64,000 nucleotides of DNA from Pelomyxa schiedti (taxonomy: Eukaryota; Protista; Evosea): contig JAHLWZ010000843.1 of the NCBI GenBank assembly GCA_020536535.1, positions 16,792 to 80,791 on the forward strand, given 5' to 3'. Shown in pieces: positions 1 to 11,300 of the stretch (position 1 is the stretch's first letter; each line of letters opens with the position of its first letter). The notes beneath the pieces are model-generated. The model was given only the letters and a program-made list of their open reading frames with translations. It searched no databases and was not told the origin of the DNA. The position numbers and the translations under genes are program-made.

Positions 1-36
1 GCGTGCGCGTGTGCGTGTGCGTGCGCGCGTGTGTGT
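1..36. repeat. (GT/GC)n alternating purine-pyrimidine microsatellite
   Basis: gcgtgcgcgtgtgcgtgtgcgtgcgcgcgtgtgtgt at the window start, followed by a TA-rich stretch; may lie in an intron of the OTU gene. Confidence 0.8.
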
Positions 37-142
37 ATTATATATTATATGTGCATTTTCAATACAAACTTTAGTGATTTTTTTTTGGCGAACTGGGTGG
101 CGGTTTTTGTGTATGAGTTTTGTTCTTAAAGCAACTGTTCTA

Positions 143-1231
143 GGCGAATTTTGTTGAACCCACGCCGGAAAAGATAGAGGAGCCAGTAATTCCTGATTCT
201 GTATTGAATCGGCGTCTCCAAAAGCAGAAGCAACTTGTATGATTTCATTTGTTATTAATAGTACTAAATAGAAATTCCCAGACTAGTTTACTTAAAGATG
301 GATGGTTTTCGTTTTAATACTGCCACAGGAGCAACAAAGGCATAAAGAGCTGGAACACATCAGACGTGTAGCTGAATTAGCTGCTCAACCTTCACCAGAT
401 GAGATAGAAACTCAACAAATTTCCGCTCATCTAACTCCACATGGATTCAAAATATTCAAGGTTTTGCCTTCGAAAATTCCCGCTTTTTCATTAAGCTTTT
501 TTCTTTTGGTAGGTTCCAGCTGATGGCAGCTGCCTGTTCAGTGCCTTAGCAGATCAATTGACTCGACTTTCTTGTGTTTTCCCACCTGTGTGCACAGAGT
601 TTTACACCTCAGCAATCAAACACTCGTAGGGTGCACATGATTTGGTGAAATTCCTTCGCAATACTGCTGCACACTACATTGAATCACACCCAGATCTATT
701 TGTCGGTTTCATTGAATCTGATAACCCAAAATGTTTGCAAACCACATTGCTCCCTTTCCCATTAAATCTTCCTCAGCTTCCAATGCTCAGAAAGTGCAAG
801 CATACTGTAAGAAGATCCGCAATGGTGACTTGTGGGGAGGGCAGCAGGAAATCGTTGCACTCGCCAACGCTCTTGGATGCACTGTTCACATCCACAACAC
901 CTCAGAAACACCGGTCATAATTGGCCCCTCTGACGACACACCCCACGAAACACCAGCAACAGTTACTAGCACAAGCTCCACTACAGTGGCTCCCACACAA
1001 GAGCAAGAAGAGGCCAACGACCCATCCAGTGTCAGTGAAACAACACCCCAAGGCAACAAGAAAAAGGGCAGTACAAACAACAAGAGAAAGGGTACAAAAC
1101 TAGCAAACTCCACAGCAGCAACACACAGGCCCCCTGTCACTTTCCCGCACCCCAATCCAGTTCTGCACATCAGCTTTCACCTGCATGCCTACACCCTAGG
1201 CGAGCACTATAACAGCGTAGTATCCCTATGA
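143..1231 (+). CDS. OTU-domain deubiquitinase (OTUD6B/Otu2-like), multi-exon, 5' end probably upstream of the window
   Basis: Spliced reading gives KIFK|VPADGSCLFSALADQL (catalytic D..C, exon starting 513), LRNTAAHYIESHPDLF, WGGQQEIVALANAL and ISFHLHAYTLGEHYNSV* (catalytic His). Confidence 0.85.
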
Positions 1232-1319
1232 CAACACACACCCAAACAACCAGAACATAACCCATTCCTTCAGCATTCGGGGCTTTGTGTTTTTCCAATT
1301 TGTAAAAACCAAACAAAAA

Positions 1320-4300
1320 ATGTCGACGTCGGTTCAGCCGCAGGAGGAGAACGACAATCAAGGGGAGGAGGCAGCAGAGAAGGGCGAGGGGGACGAGGTA
1401 GCAGGCGAAGAGGAGGCCGACGAGGAAGAGGAGGAAGAAGGGGAGGGGGAGGCGGAGGATGAGGATGAGGATGAGGATGAGGATGAGGAGGAGGAGGAGG
1501 AGGAGGAGGAGGGAGAGGACCGAGGTGGCGCCGCCCAGGATCAGCAGCAGGGTGGGGCGGAGAAGGCGGACGGCGGGGGATCCATGGAGGACAACAGCGG
1601 GGACGACGGCGAGGACTGCGGCGGCACCAATAACGGCGCCTGGGGCGAAGACGACGGCGGCGGCGGCGGCGCCCCGCCCCCCGACACAGAAACAACCAGC
1701 AGCAGCAGCAGCGGCGCGCAGGAGGGGGCAGCCAGGACCCACGGGGCAGGGGAGACGGCAGGAGGGGCGGGGGGCAGGGGCAGGGGCGCCCCGTGGCTAC
1801 GACTGCCTCCCCGGGTGCGCCAGCGGGGGGCGGGTGTGGTGCCTGGACTGCGGCGCGGTTCTGTGTGTTACACACGACCCGTTTGTGCACAACTTGCCGG
1901 CTCTGAGGTAGCTTGGTGGTCGTGGTTGTTGCTTGCGCTTGTGCGTAGTTGTTGGTATCTAGTTGTCACTGGGTGCTTTTTTTTTTTTGTTGTTGTTGTT
2001 GTTGTTGTTGTTGTTATGATTATTATATGGATTTGTTGGCTGAAAGAGGACAAAGGGGGCATGGAAAGAAAATCAGTTTGGATGACCCAACTACAGTTCC
2101 TAGTGTATTTTGCGCGAGACACACTAGCAGATACACTGGGTGGTGTCAAGTGGACAAGGTTTGTCTTATTTGTTCCCTCATCCAGCTGGTTTTTCCTAAC
2201 TACAAATTTCCTTCTTTACCAGACTCTCATTTGCCCAACTTGTTACTCAGAGTCACACCAAGGCCATGCCATTGTATCATTGGCTGACGCACGCTTACAA
2301 GTCTCCAAAGACATGCCCTCACTCCGTGGGATTTGTACGGGAAAAAGCGAGGCCCAACAAAAAATACAAACCCAGCTTGATACTATCACCACATTGTACC
2401 AGTCATCTTACAGAAATTTATGCACTCAAGTTATTACTCACTCCCACAGAAACCCCAACTATTAATAACACTCTACAGATAGGCTTACTGATAGAGTCTC
2501 TAGAAAAAATGAAACTCTCCCTCAGTGCCTCTATTGCCACCTCCCGAAACCTTCAGGAGAAACAACTTAAAGAAGCTCTTTCCAAGTGCAGTCCTTCTCG
2601 TCAAGTTACATCACTAGTGGTAGGAAATAAATGAAGCACAAAGGAATTTATTTACCACTCCACAGGAAAGGCTCCTGTCTTTAGAATCCACGCCAGACAA
2701 CAGTTCAATGTTATCAGTATATTCGAGTTTATATCCCCTGAGGCATTCCTTTGAAGAGTCTGCAGATAAGGCGATAGATCCATATTTAACTCCGCTTCCA
2801 TCTATCAAACTTTGTGGGGTTGAGGAAGTCAAGGCAACCATTTTGAAAATGTGTTGGGAATTTGAAAACTCTTCCCCATCTGAGAGTACCAAGCTGAAAA
2901 CCAAACAGCCTAGTACAAACAAAGAAACAATTGTCGAATGTACTCAAACAACACATCAGAAATTTCCTCAAGGTTCCGCACCAGTGGACACCCAAGTCAC
3001 GCAATCGGTGGAACCTTCTTTTTCCACTCAATCAACTGTTGCTTCTTCTTCTCAATCTACAAGTATTTCTGCAGCCCCCCGCTCAATCGCCCCATCACCA
3101 CCAAACCCTACGGCACCTGTTCCTTTTGCACGAGAGTGCAAAGACTTCTATACTTTAGGACTTCACAATGACTCCGTATTACTGTGGTTAAAAAATCATG
3201 GAATATCCAAGCCCTCACATGTTCAGCAGAATGTACTGACACATATTTTTTCTGGTATCTTCCCATTAATCAGCTGTTCTATGGTGATCAAATCCAGGAG
3301 AAAATGTCTTCCTTCAAGCAGTACCTAGCACTGGCCGAACCACCTCATTTATAATTGCTGCCCTTAATGCAATAGATTACAGCCGTAGTCTTTGTCAAGG
3401 GCTCTTCATTTGTCCCACTCTCACAGTTGCACACACAACATTCCAGGTATTTTTTTCTTTTATCTCAGGAAAGAAGTTCCCATAATAACTTTTAGGCGAT
3501 GCAAGATTTTACTTCAAATATAACTCTTTGCACTCTCCATAGTCAAGTCAACCCCCATGCTGCCCTTATTATTGGAACAATAGACAGTATTGCTGAGGTT
3601 TCGTTTCTAATTAACTTTTGCCCTTCTAATCACTTTAGGGGTTAAACAGTGGGAAGTTCAGCATTTCAGCCGTAAAAATGGTAGCTTTCTGTCGTGCAAC
3701 AAGAATTATCCCTCCGTATGTAAGGGGCAACCTTGCCTTATTTATCTAATGTGTCCCCATACAGTGGCCTTTCCGCTTCAATAAACACTCTCCTTAAGCA
3801 CGTACCTCTGACAGCACAAGTTTTGATGTTTGACCGAGTTCCTTCCTTTGATACACTCGATGTACTCCACAGGTTTGGCAAAGATAAAGCCACTTCCATC
3901 ACCCAATCCGGTGAGGCAAGGCCAGCCACCCCCTCAGCCTCTACAGCTCCTTCTCCAAACAACCAAATCAACGCACACAGCCCCACCCCAAGCCCCAGCC
4001 CCAGCCCCACACCCGACACCCCAAAGCAAAGTAGCTCCTCCAACCCCGAAGGTCCTGCCCCAACAACACCAAATCCAATCACAACAACAACAACCCCCAC
4101 ATCCACAACCACCCCGTCTCCGCCGCCCCCAGCATCCCAAGTCCCATCATCCGCTGCGTCCTCCGCGCCGCCCCGCTCCACAAAATCCACGCCGACCAAG
4201 CCCCCTTCGCCCCCAGCGAACCAGCCATCTTCCTCGTCCGCTAGCTCCCCGGCACCGGCACCCACCAGCGCCTCGGAGCCCTCGCCCCATAATGGTGGTG

Positions 4301-4900
4301 GCGATGGTGGTGGTGCGGTGGCCAAGAGTGCCACCACTGGCACCCCGGCGGTGCCGGCGCACCGGCTGAAGCTCTACTACGCGGTGATACAGCAGGAGTA
4401 CGACATATCGCAGGTGTTTGCCCACATTGTGCAGCACATGTCTGGGAAGCACAGGAAGGTGCTGCTGGTCCCCTCGACGCTCAAGAAGCAGGACAGCCAG
4501 AGGATCGCGGAGCACCTCAAGACCCACATAACCAAGTACCCTGTTTCCAACCTGTTTGGCGCCAAGAAGGAGGACCCTGAGTGCAAGGATTTCGTCAAGT
4601 CCAAGTCTGCGGCTGCAGTTGTCAACAACTATGACTTGATATCGATATCTTCTTCCACTCTAGTGATTGTTCAGGGTGTATCTGTTCTCCCATCACCAGC
4701 CATGTGTGTAATTCTTTACTCTTTACATACTATCAAAATGCTCAGATAAAATCCCCAATCAACTATTTACCACTATCACAGGCTAAAGAACCTCCCGGAA
4801 TTGGAAGTGATCTTTTTACTTTTAGAGAGTCACAAATCAGGACTGGCAAGGTGGGGTGAGACTGTCAAAATTCCGTTTACCGAAATCTTGTTTGGTAGTT
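1320..4900 (+). CDS. Acidic N-terminus, two B-box zinc fingers, coiled coil and degenerate eIF4A-like DEAD-box domains; 3' end uncertain
   Basis: B-boxes WCLDCGAVLCVTHDPFVH and CARH..WCQVDK|TLICPTCYSESHQGH; Q-motif-like FYTLGL..GISKPSHVQQ; QAVPSTGRT; FICPT; VKMVAFCRAT; second RecA-like part from LKLYYAVIQQE. One frameshift near 1770. Confidence 0.7.
1415..1520 (+). repeat. (GAG)n/(GAGGAT)n coding repeat giving a poly-Glu/Asp tract
   Basis: gaggatgaggat... and gaggaggag... runs translate to EDEDEDEEEEE. Confidence 0.85.
1976..2015 (+). repeat. Intronic poly-T plus (GTT)n microsatellite
   Basis: T run followed by about 9 GTT units, inside the intron opened by gag|gtagc near 1908. Confidence 0.8.
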
Positions 4901-4969
4901 AAAGAAATAAACTGGGTTACATGATTCTGCTTTATTTTCTCTCTCTTTTTTTTTTTGTTGTTGTGCTCA

Positions 4970-7900
4970 CTACGACTGTAACATTTTGTTTACGATCCAG
5001 TCCAGTCCCTTTTTTCGGATGCAGTATATTAGAACATTACCAAATGAAAGGTGTGGAGATGAACCTCATATAGTCCATCACCAGAAGTAGCACAACAGGC
5101 CTGGACAAACCACTTCCTTGTCCTTATGTGGTGCAGACCAAGTTGGTCAGTTAGTTCGCCTACCGGCATGGCAGCCGGCAAATCTTGTTTGTTTGCAAAC
5201 ACAAGCACAACGGCATCGCGGAGTTCATCCTCGGACAGCATTTTCTGAAGCTCTTCGCTGGTTTCTCCTATGCGTTCCCTGTCATTCGAGTCTACAACGT
5301 ACATAAGACCCTGGGTGTTTTGGAAGTACTAATGAAAGTGAGTGAGAGAAAGAGTGTGAATGTTGGGGTTGTTTAGTGTAACCAAGTGAGTGTTCATACA
5401 TGTCTCCATAGGGGTCTAATTTTGTCTTCTATGGTGAATTAGTTGAGAACATAGTCAAAGTCGTATTGGAGCAAGTCAAGTTCTTACCGCCTCCAGTATC
5501 CCACACTGTAAGGTTGACGTTTTTGTAAGTTACTGTCTCAACATTGAATCCAATGGTAGGTACTACAATGAACAAAGTGCGTTAGAATCAAACCTGTTTT
5601 TGGCGCTCGGGATAGAACTTACTGGTGGTAACAATTTCACCAAGTTTAAGCTATCGAAGACTTAGGTGAGGGAAAATGATGATGTGGTCAACATACTTTA
5701 TACAGAATAGTCGTCTTTCCTGCAGCATCTAAACCTGAGGGTGAATTGAGCAAAGGAAACAGTTGAAGGTATGGTTTATAGGTACGCATACCAACCATCA
5801 ACAAGCGGAATTCTTTCCTTTTCGGTAACCATCCTTGAACAGTTGTGAACGTGACTGAGGCCGCTCGCTGAAGGAGTGAGGGCCTTCGAGCATCTTCTTC
5901 ATCCCGAGCTCTCAGTCTTTTAGCGAACTGGTGAGAGTGTGGCCAAATATGGAAGGAAGCTACGACCTTTCGTAATAAGTGTGAGTGACGGGATGGTTCA
6001 TAAGATATCGAAGTTTCCAGATCTCTTGCCCTGCCAAGCTGCTCGTTCCAGAGGCTCTGGTTTATGTTAAGTGGTATTTTTTTCACTTTGAGAATGTACA
6101 GGGTCTCTGGAATCAACGTTTTGGCAATTTTGCATATTCGTCGGTTTGGAGAACCAAGTTCCGTAGCCTCCCAGTCATAGGCGGGGGATACCCTCACATC
6201 CCTCAACGTCTTAGATTGAGCTGGGGAAAAAAAGGAATACCTGGTGTATAGCACCCTCCATAATTCATTTGAGGAAGAGAGAACTCTGAAAGCACTACTT
6301 GTCCGCCCTATGGATATGAGGTCCTAAAACTGGGATGAAAACTGGCAATGATCCATCAAAATTCAAACTTTGGCACTCAAGTACAGAAGAATCTCATGAA
6401 GAACTTCACGAGGAAAATTCTTGAGGGTTCCAAAGATAGATTGTTGCTCCTGAGATGGCTTATTCATCTGACTGGAACCACCTGATATTGCCGCTGTATG
6501 CAACCACCCACAAGAGACCTGAAAGTAGTTATTTGGGAAAATTGACGGAGTCCTGCATACCGCTTTAATATTCGTGTTAGACATCGTAAACGCTTCGACA
6601 AGCGTAGGTGCAATATACTCTTGTTTCAAAAATTGACCACACTGTCCATTTTTACTTGAACCAAAAGTGTATCTGTCTTTATGTTAAAAAGAAAATGAGA
6701 AACTGTTCTCAACTTGCATTTTTCCAGAACTTGTAACTATGGCACTATGTGCCGCACTAAATGCTCCATTTGCTGACATGGCGATAACTCTATCACCTCG
6801 TGTGCACAGTTCAACATTGAAGGAGTCAATAGGCCTGCAAAAATATGATTCCCAGTATTATCTTCCATCGCCCATACGTGGGAACCAGAATATTTTGATC
6901 GACGGTGTGGCCGCACTGGCTCCTTCTCCCCATTGATAACACTGTATTATGTAACCCCTCAGTACTTGAAGTTGGCACAGTAGCGAGCAGTGTGTGATTG
7001 TCACCACATGCCACAATTTCAATTGCTGGAGTCCCTGTTGGCAAAGGAACTGGTTGTGGAGTCGTTCTATCAATGACATCGCCAAGCCCAAGCTGGCCAA
7101 ACCTAAGAAAACGAGTGAGATCGTTAGCAGGAGATCGCTTTCGTACCTATTTGAACCACAAGTAAATACGGTACCAGTTTCCGTCATATATGCAACATGT
7201 TGACCACCGCAAGACACTTTCCTGATTGGTTGCGTGAGTTTAACTTGCTGGGGATTCTCTCTATCCTATTGGAAGAGTTATTAACAGAGAAACAAGATTT
7301 TATCCATACTTTTGTGTCACCCAACCCAAGCTGCCCTTTAGAATTAGTGCCCCATGAGAAAGCACTACCATCAGAACAGATAACTACAGAAAAGGCACCA
7401 CCAGCACTAATGTGAGAAGGTCTCGAAAGAGATTCCAGTGGAGTATGAAGTGCCTGCACCACAGTTGGTGCTAGTGACTTGCCACATATTTCACCCCACA
7501 TCCACACATCACAGACGGGAGAAGCTTCAAGTGCGAGGCAGTGCATGCCACCACAAGCAATTTCAGCAATTACGTGGCCGTACAATCTAATAAGAAATAA
7601 TTAAAATTCCCATGGAAGTTATATTGTCACATAAATAAGAGCCTAATACACACCCAACAACCGGGCGAGGGATTGGCTTCTCCTGACAAGCCCAAGGCGT
7701 TGCACCCACCATATTATTGGTAGTGGCAGTAGCAGTAGCAGCAGAATTTGTAGCAGCACCTTTAGGCGGTGCTCCCTTTGCTGGGGTAGCGCCCTTGGCT
7801 GTTGCAGGATTGGTTTTTGATGCAGTGACGGCGGAGGGATTTGGGGTGGGAGTGGATACAGGTGTAGTTGTTCCACTGCCGCCTCCGCAGGAGTATACTT

Positions 7901-8182
7901 CCCCTGTGGAAGACAGAATCAAGGTGACTGCACCACCACAGGAAACAGACTTAGCATTAACTCTGGAACCAAAAAGTGTAGCCACAAATGCTGGGCACTG
8001 TCTAAAAGCAAAAAAATGTTAATTTATTGTTTGCTTTTAAAAAAAGGCAAAACAAACATAGGTCCCTATGACCTTTCGATGGAATCACCGTGGCCAAGTT
8101 GGCCGTGGGAGGCAACGCCCCACGTGTAGACGAGGCCCGCCGGCATTATGGGAGCCGGACGAGATTCAGGTGCTGAAGTCAT
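4970..8182 (-). CDS. RCC1-repeat, F-box and C-terminal Arf GTPase fusion protein, multi-exon
   Basis: RCC1 blades ([62 protein letters not shown]); F-box [19 protein letters not shown]|[11 protein letters not shown]; Arf motifs [42 protein letters not shown]; stop TAG 4972-4970. Confidence 0.85.
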
Positions 8183-8390
8183 TATAGTGTGAGTCTCGGG
8201 GTCGACATTGGTGGCGAATTTGGTGGTTACCAGCATGCTTCGGTTACGGACTCACAGGTTTTAACCGGTAAACCGTTTTACACAGTGTGTCTCTGGACTT
8301 ATTGCAGAAAGGCTTTGCACAACCAGTATTGAGGGGTTGTTAGTAACACAAAGAGTCGCAAGTTCCCGGGGTAATCTGTGTCAGTACAGA

Positions 8391-11300
8391 ATGGAAAATC
8401 AGATTTGGGCGAATCCAGAACAAAACCCAAAATTACACGCCGCCACGGGGAAGAACGCAAAGAGGAAGAAGGCAGCCGCGAGGGCAGCTGCCGCAAACCG
8501 TGACGAATCCGACGAGAGTTCCTCTGACAACAGCGAAGCCCCAGAGGCCCCCGATTCCCCGAGGAGGGCCACGGGCAAGCCTGAGGACGACCCCGTCTCC
8601 TCCTCTGAGGAAAACGACCAACACGACGAAGGCGCGGGCGCCAGCGCGGCCGCCACCACGAGCAGGGGCAAGGGCGGGCGCGGGAAGAGCCGCGCGGCCC
8701 CCAAGCCCGCCGCGACCCGCACGGGCCCGGCGGCGGCTCCCCCTGCGCAGCCAGCCGCGGCGGCCCCCACTCCGGGCCGCAGGCAGGCACGCCCAGCGCG
8801 CAACCCCCAGCTGGCAGTGATCAGATTCCTGCGAGAGGAATGCAGCCGCCACAGGGCGGAGGCCAGCTCGAGCACCCCCACTGGGCCAAGTGCCACGACT
8901 GGTAGTACTGGTGCTGCTGCTGCTGCTGTTACGACCACTGCTAGTACGACGGCCACGAGCTGCGGGGGAGACGATTATGGGTGCGCGCGGGAGGCGCTTG
9001 AGAAGCTGCGGGAGAAGCACGGGGTGAGGGCCGCCGCCCATAATTCCCACCCGCAGCTGTTTGCCCTCAAGTACGTGCAGCACGAGTGCGCCCCTGAGAG
9101 ACTGGCGGACCTGAATGGCGTACCAGCTGGATGCAGGGGTCTGGTGCTGAGCCATTCGCGGAATTCCGGGGGTTGCGAGTGGGCCGTTGTTGCCAGGCCC
9201 TTTGACAAGTTTCTCAATTATGGGGAACCTTTGGTAATTGCATCTTTGTGTTGTTTCTGTTTAATCTCTTGCTGGTTCTGGTTTTATTTCTTTGGTATTC
9301 GAAAACCCTAAACAAAACAAAAAGGCTCCAGAGATGGATTGGGGTAAATGCAAGATATATGAAAAAATTGATGGAACTCTGTGCATTTTATACTTCTACA
9401 ATGGTGAATGGATAATGAGTACAGGCGGAAGTGCTGATGGAATGGGCCAAGTCAAGTCTGCTAGTGAGAACAATGGTCACCCAATTATTTCTGTCCCACC
9501 TTTTTTTTTAGGTACTTTGACTTTCTGTGATCTTTTTTGGAGAATATTTAAGAAAAGTGGTTACTCTACACCCTCATCACCAGAGGCAATTAATTACACT
9601 TTCATGTTTGAACTCGTCTCCCCTCTCAATCGGGTACTCATACCATATGACACTGAGGCTCTTTATCTACTTGGAGCTAGGTCGATTCAAACTGGTTCCG
9701 AACTCGATCCGGCGCAGGCAAGCAGATTAGCTGGTGTTCCCTACACATTGTGTCCACTGAGGGAAGGTCTATGCACCTACGAGCAGGTGATACATGCTCT
9801 TAGAATGTGTGACCCACTCAAGCATGAGGGGTTTGTAGCAGTTGATTACACACGTGGTATCAGGGTCAAAGTAAAACACCCTGCATATGTATGCATGCAT
9901 CATGCACTGGGTGACAAGCACTGGGGTGCTGATAGATTAATAGAGATTGTGAGAAGTGCTGAAGTGGGTGAAGTTCTGGCATACTTCCCTGAACTGAAAG
10001 GAAGGATTGAGGAAATGGCTGACATCTATTCTAAAATAGAGCAGAAAATGACAACAGAATGGGAAGCCTGCAAGTCTATAGATAGGAAGAAATTTCAGAT
10101 ATTTTTGTGCAATACTCCATTCCCTGATACTATGGAAGCACTACGAAGCGGGAAATGTACCTCAGTTCGTGATTTCCTTGCCAGTGTTGAGATAAAGAAA
10201 CTTCGAGAGATGTTTGGTATCTCTTCCGGGAAAGAAAAAGACAAAAGAAAACGAAATAAGCGGGGGAAGGCACAAGAGAACGAGACCAACTTGGAGAATG
10301 GAACAAGTGAAGCAAACGAGCCTCTCGATCGGCTCGAGGAAATACATCCTCAATATAGGATAGTCCATGGCTCAGAGGACTCTGTGGATCTCGACGTAGT
10401 TTACATTGTTGCAAATATGCCCTCAGTAGCTCAGTGTCACGCTTTTTGCAACGCAGGGGCAAGTTCAAGCCCAGTAGAAAACCGAAACATCGCAACCGTG
10501 TCAAATGGAGTCATATCAAAGTGTCTAAAGGGGCTACCAGATGAACTAAACAATGCCATTAGAAGAACTTTCAAGCTCCACGTAGAAAACAATTCCCTAG
10601 TGTGCCCAATTCTTAGGAATACAGGCAGAGATATCAATGGGAAAGCTAGAGTATCCCTGCAGTCCATCCTTGGGTTACTAATACACAACACAGATGCAGA
10701 AACTAGAGCAGGTAGGCATTTTCTGACACTTCTCAGAAATTAACTTGGAAAAGTAATCGAATCGGCTGTGAAAAGTGCCCTCCACTCGCAGGATATACAA
10801 TCCATGGCTAATGCACTTAAGACCATTACTCTTCAAGCAGTTATCCCTGTACTCGGAGTTGAAGAACGCAAGCGGATTGCCTTTCAGGTTGGACAACTAC
10901 TTGTAAGTTTCACTTGCATTCATTTTTAATTAATTTAAAACAGCTAGGCCTTGATTCAAAATGTCGAACTTTACACAAAGAAGGAAATCAGTGATTACTT
11001 CCCTGAAACTCGCCCATTGTTGTATCGAAAGCCGGTGCTATCTCCAGAAGAAAGTGACCTGTTCATCCAGTCGCTGTAAGTTCTTAATGGCATTTAATGA
11101 ATATTCACTCTACTAGTCTCCGATTATGTAATTCCATTTCATCTCGTAATACGACAGTTCCTCTGCAAATTCCTCCAGAATGCTTCGCCCTTCCCAAACC
11201 CATTGAGTCACTTTGTATATTTGACTTTGATGCCACCCTTTTTGCTTCTCCTTCTCCAAATCCCTCTCTGTGGACTGAGTCGAGCCTGCGAATCTTGAAC

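Noticed and set aside
1170-1890. Long antisense ORFs (poly-Leu, poly-Pro/His); similar ones at 3738-4343, 8299-9155 and 18664-19518
   Set aside because: Shadow frames of GC-rich or low-complexity coding sequence, with no domain signal
1820-5830. TRIM23/ARD1-like gene (B-box, coiled coil, Arf)
   Set aside because: The B-box gene is on plus and the Arf domain on minus; they are convergent separate genes
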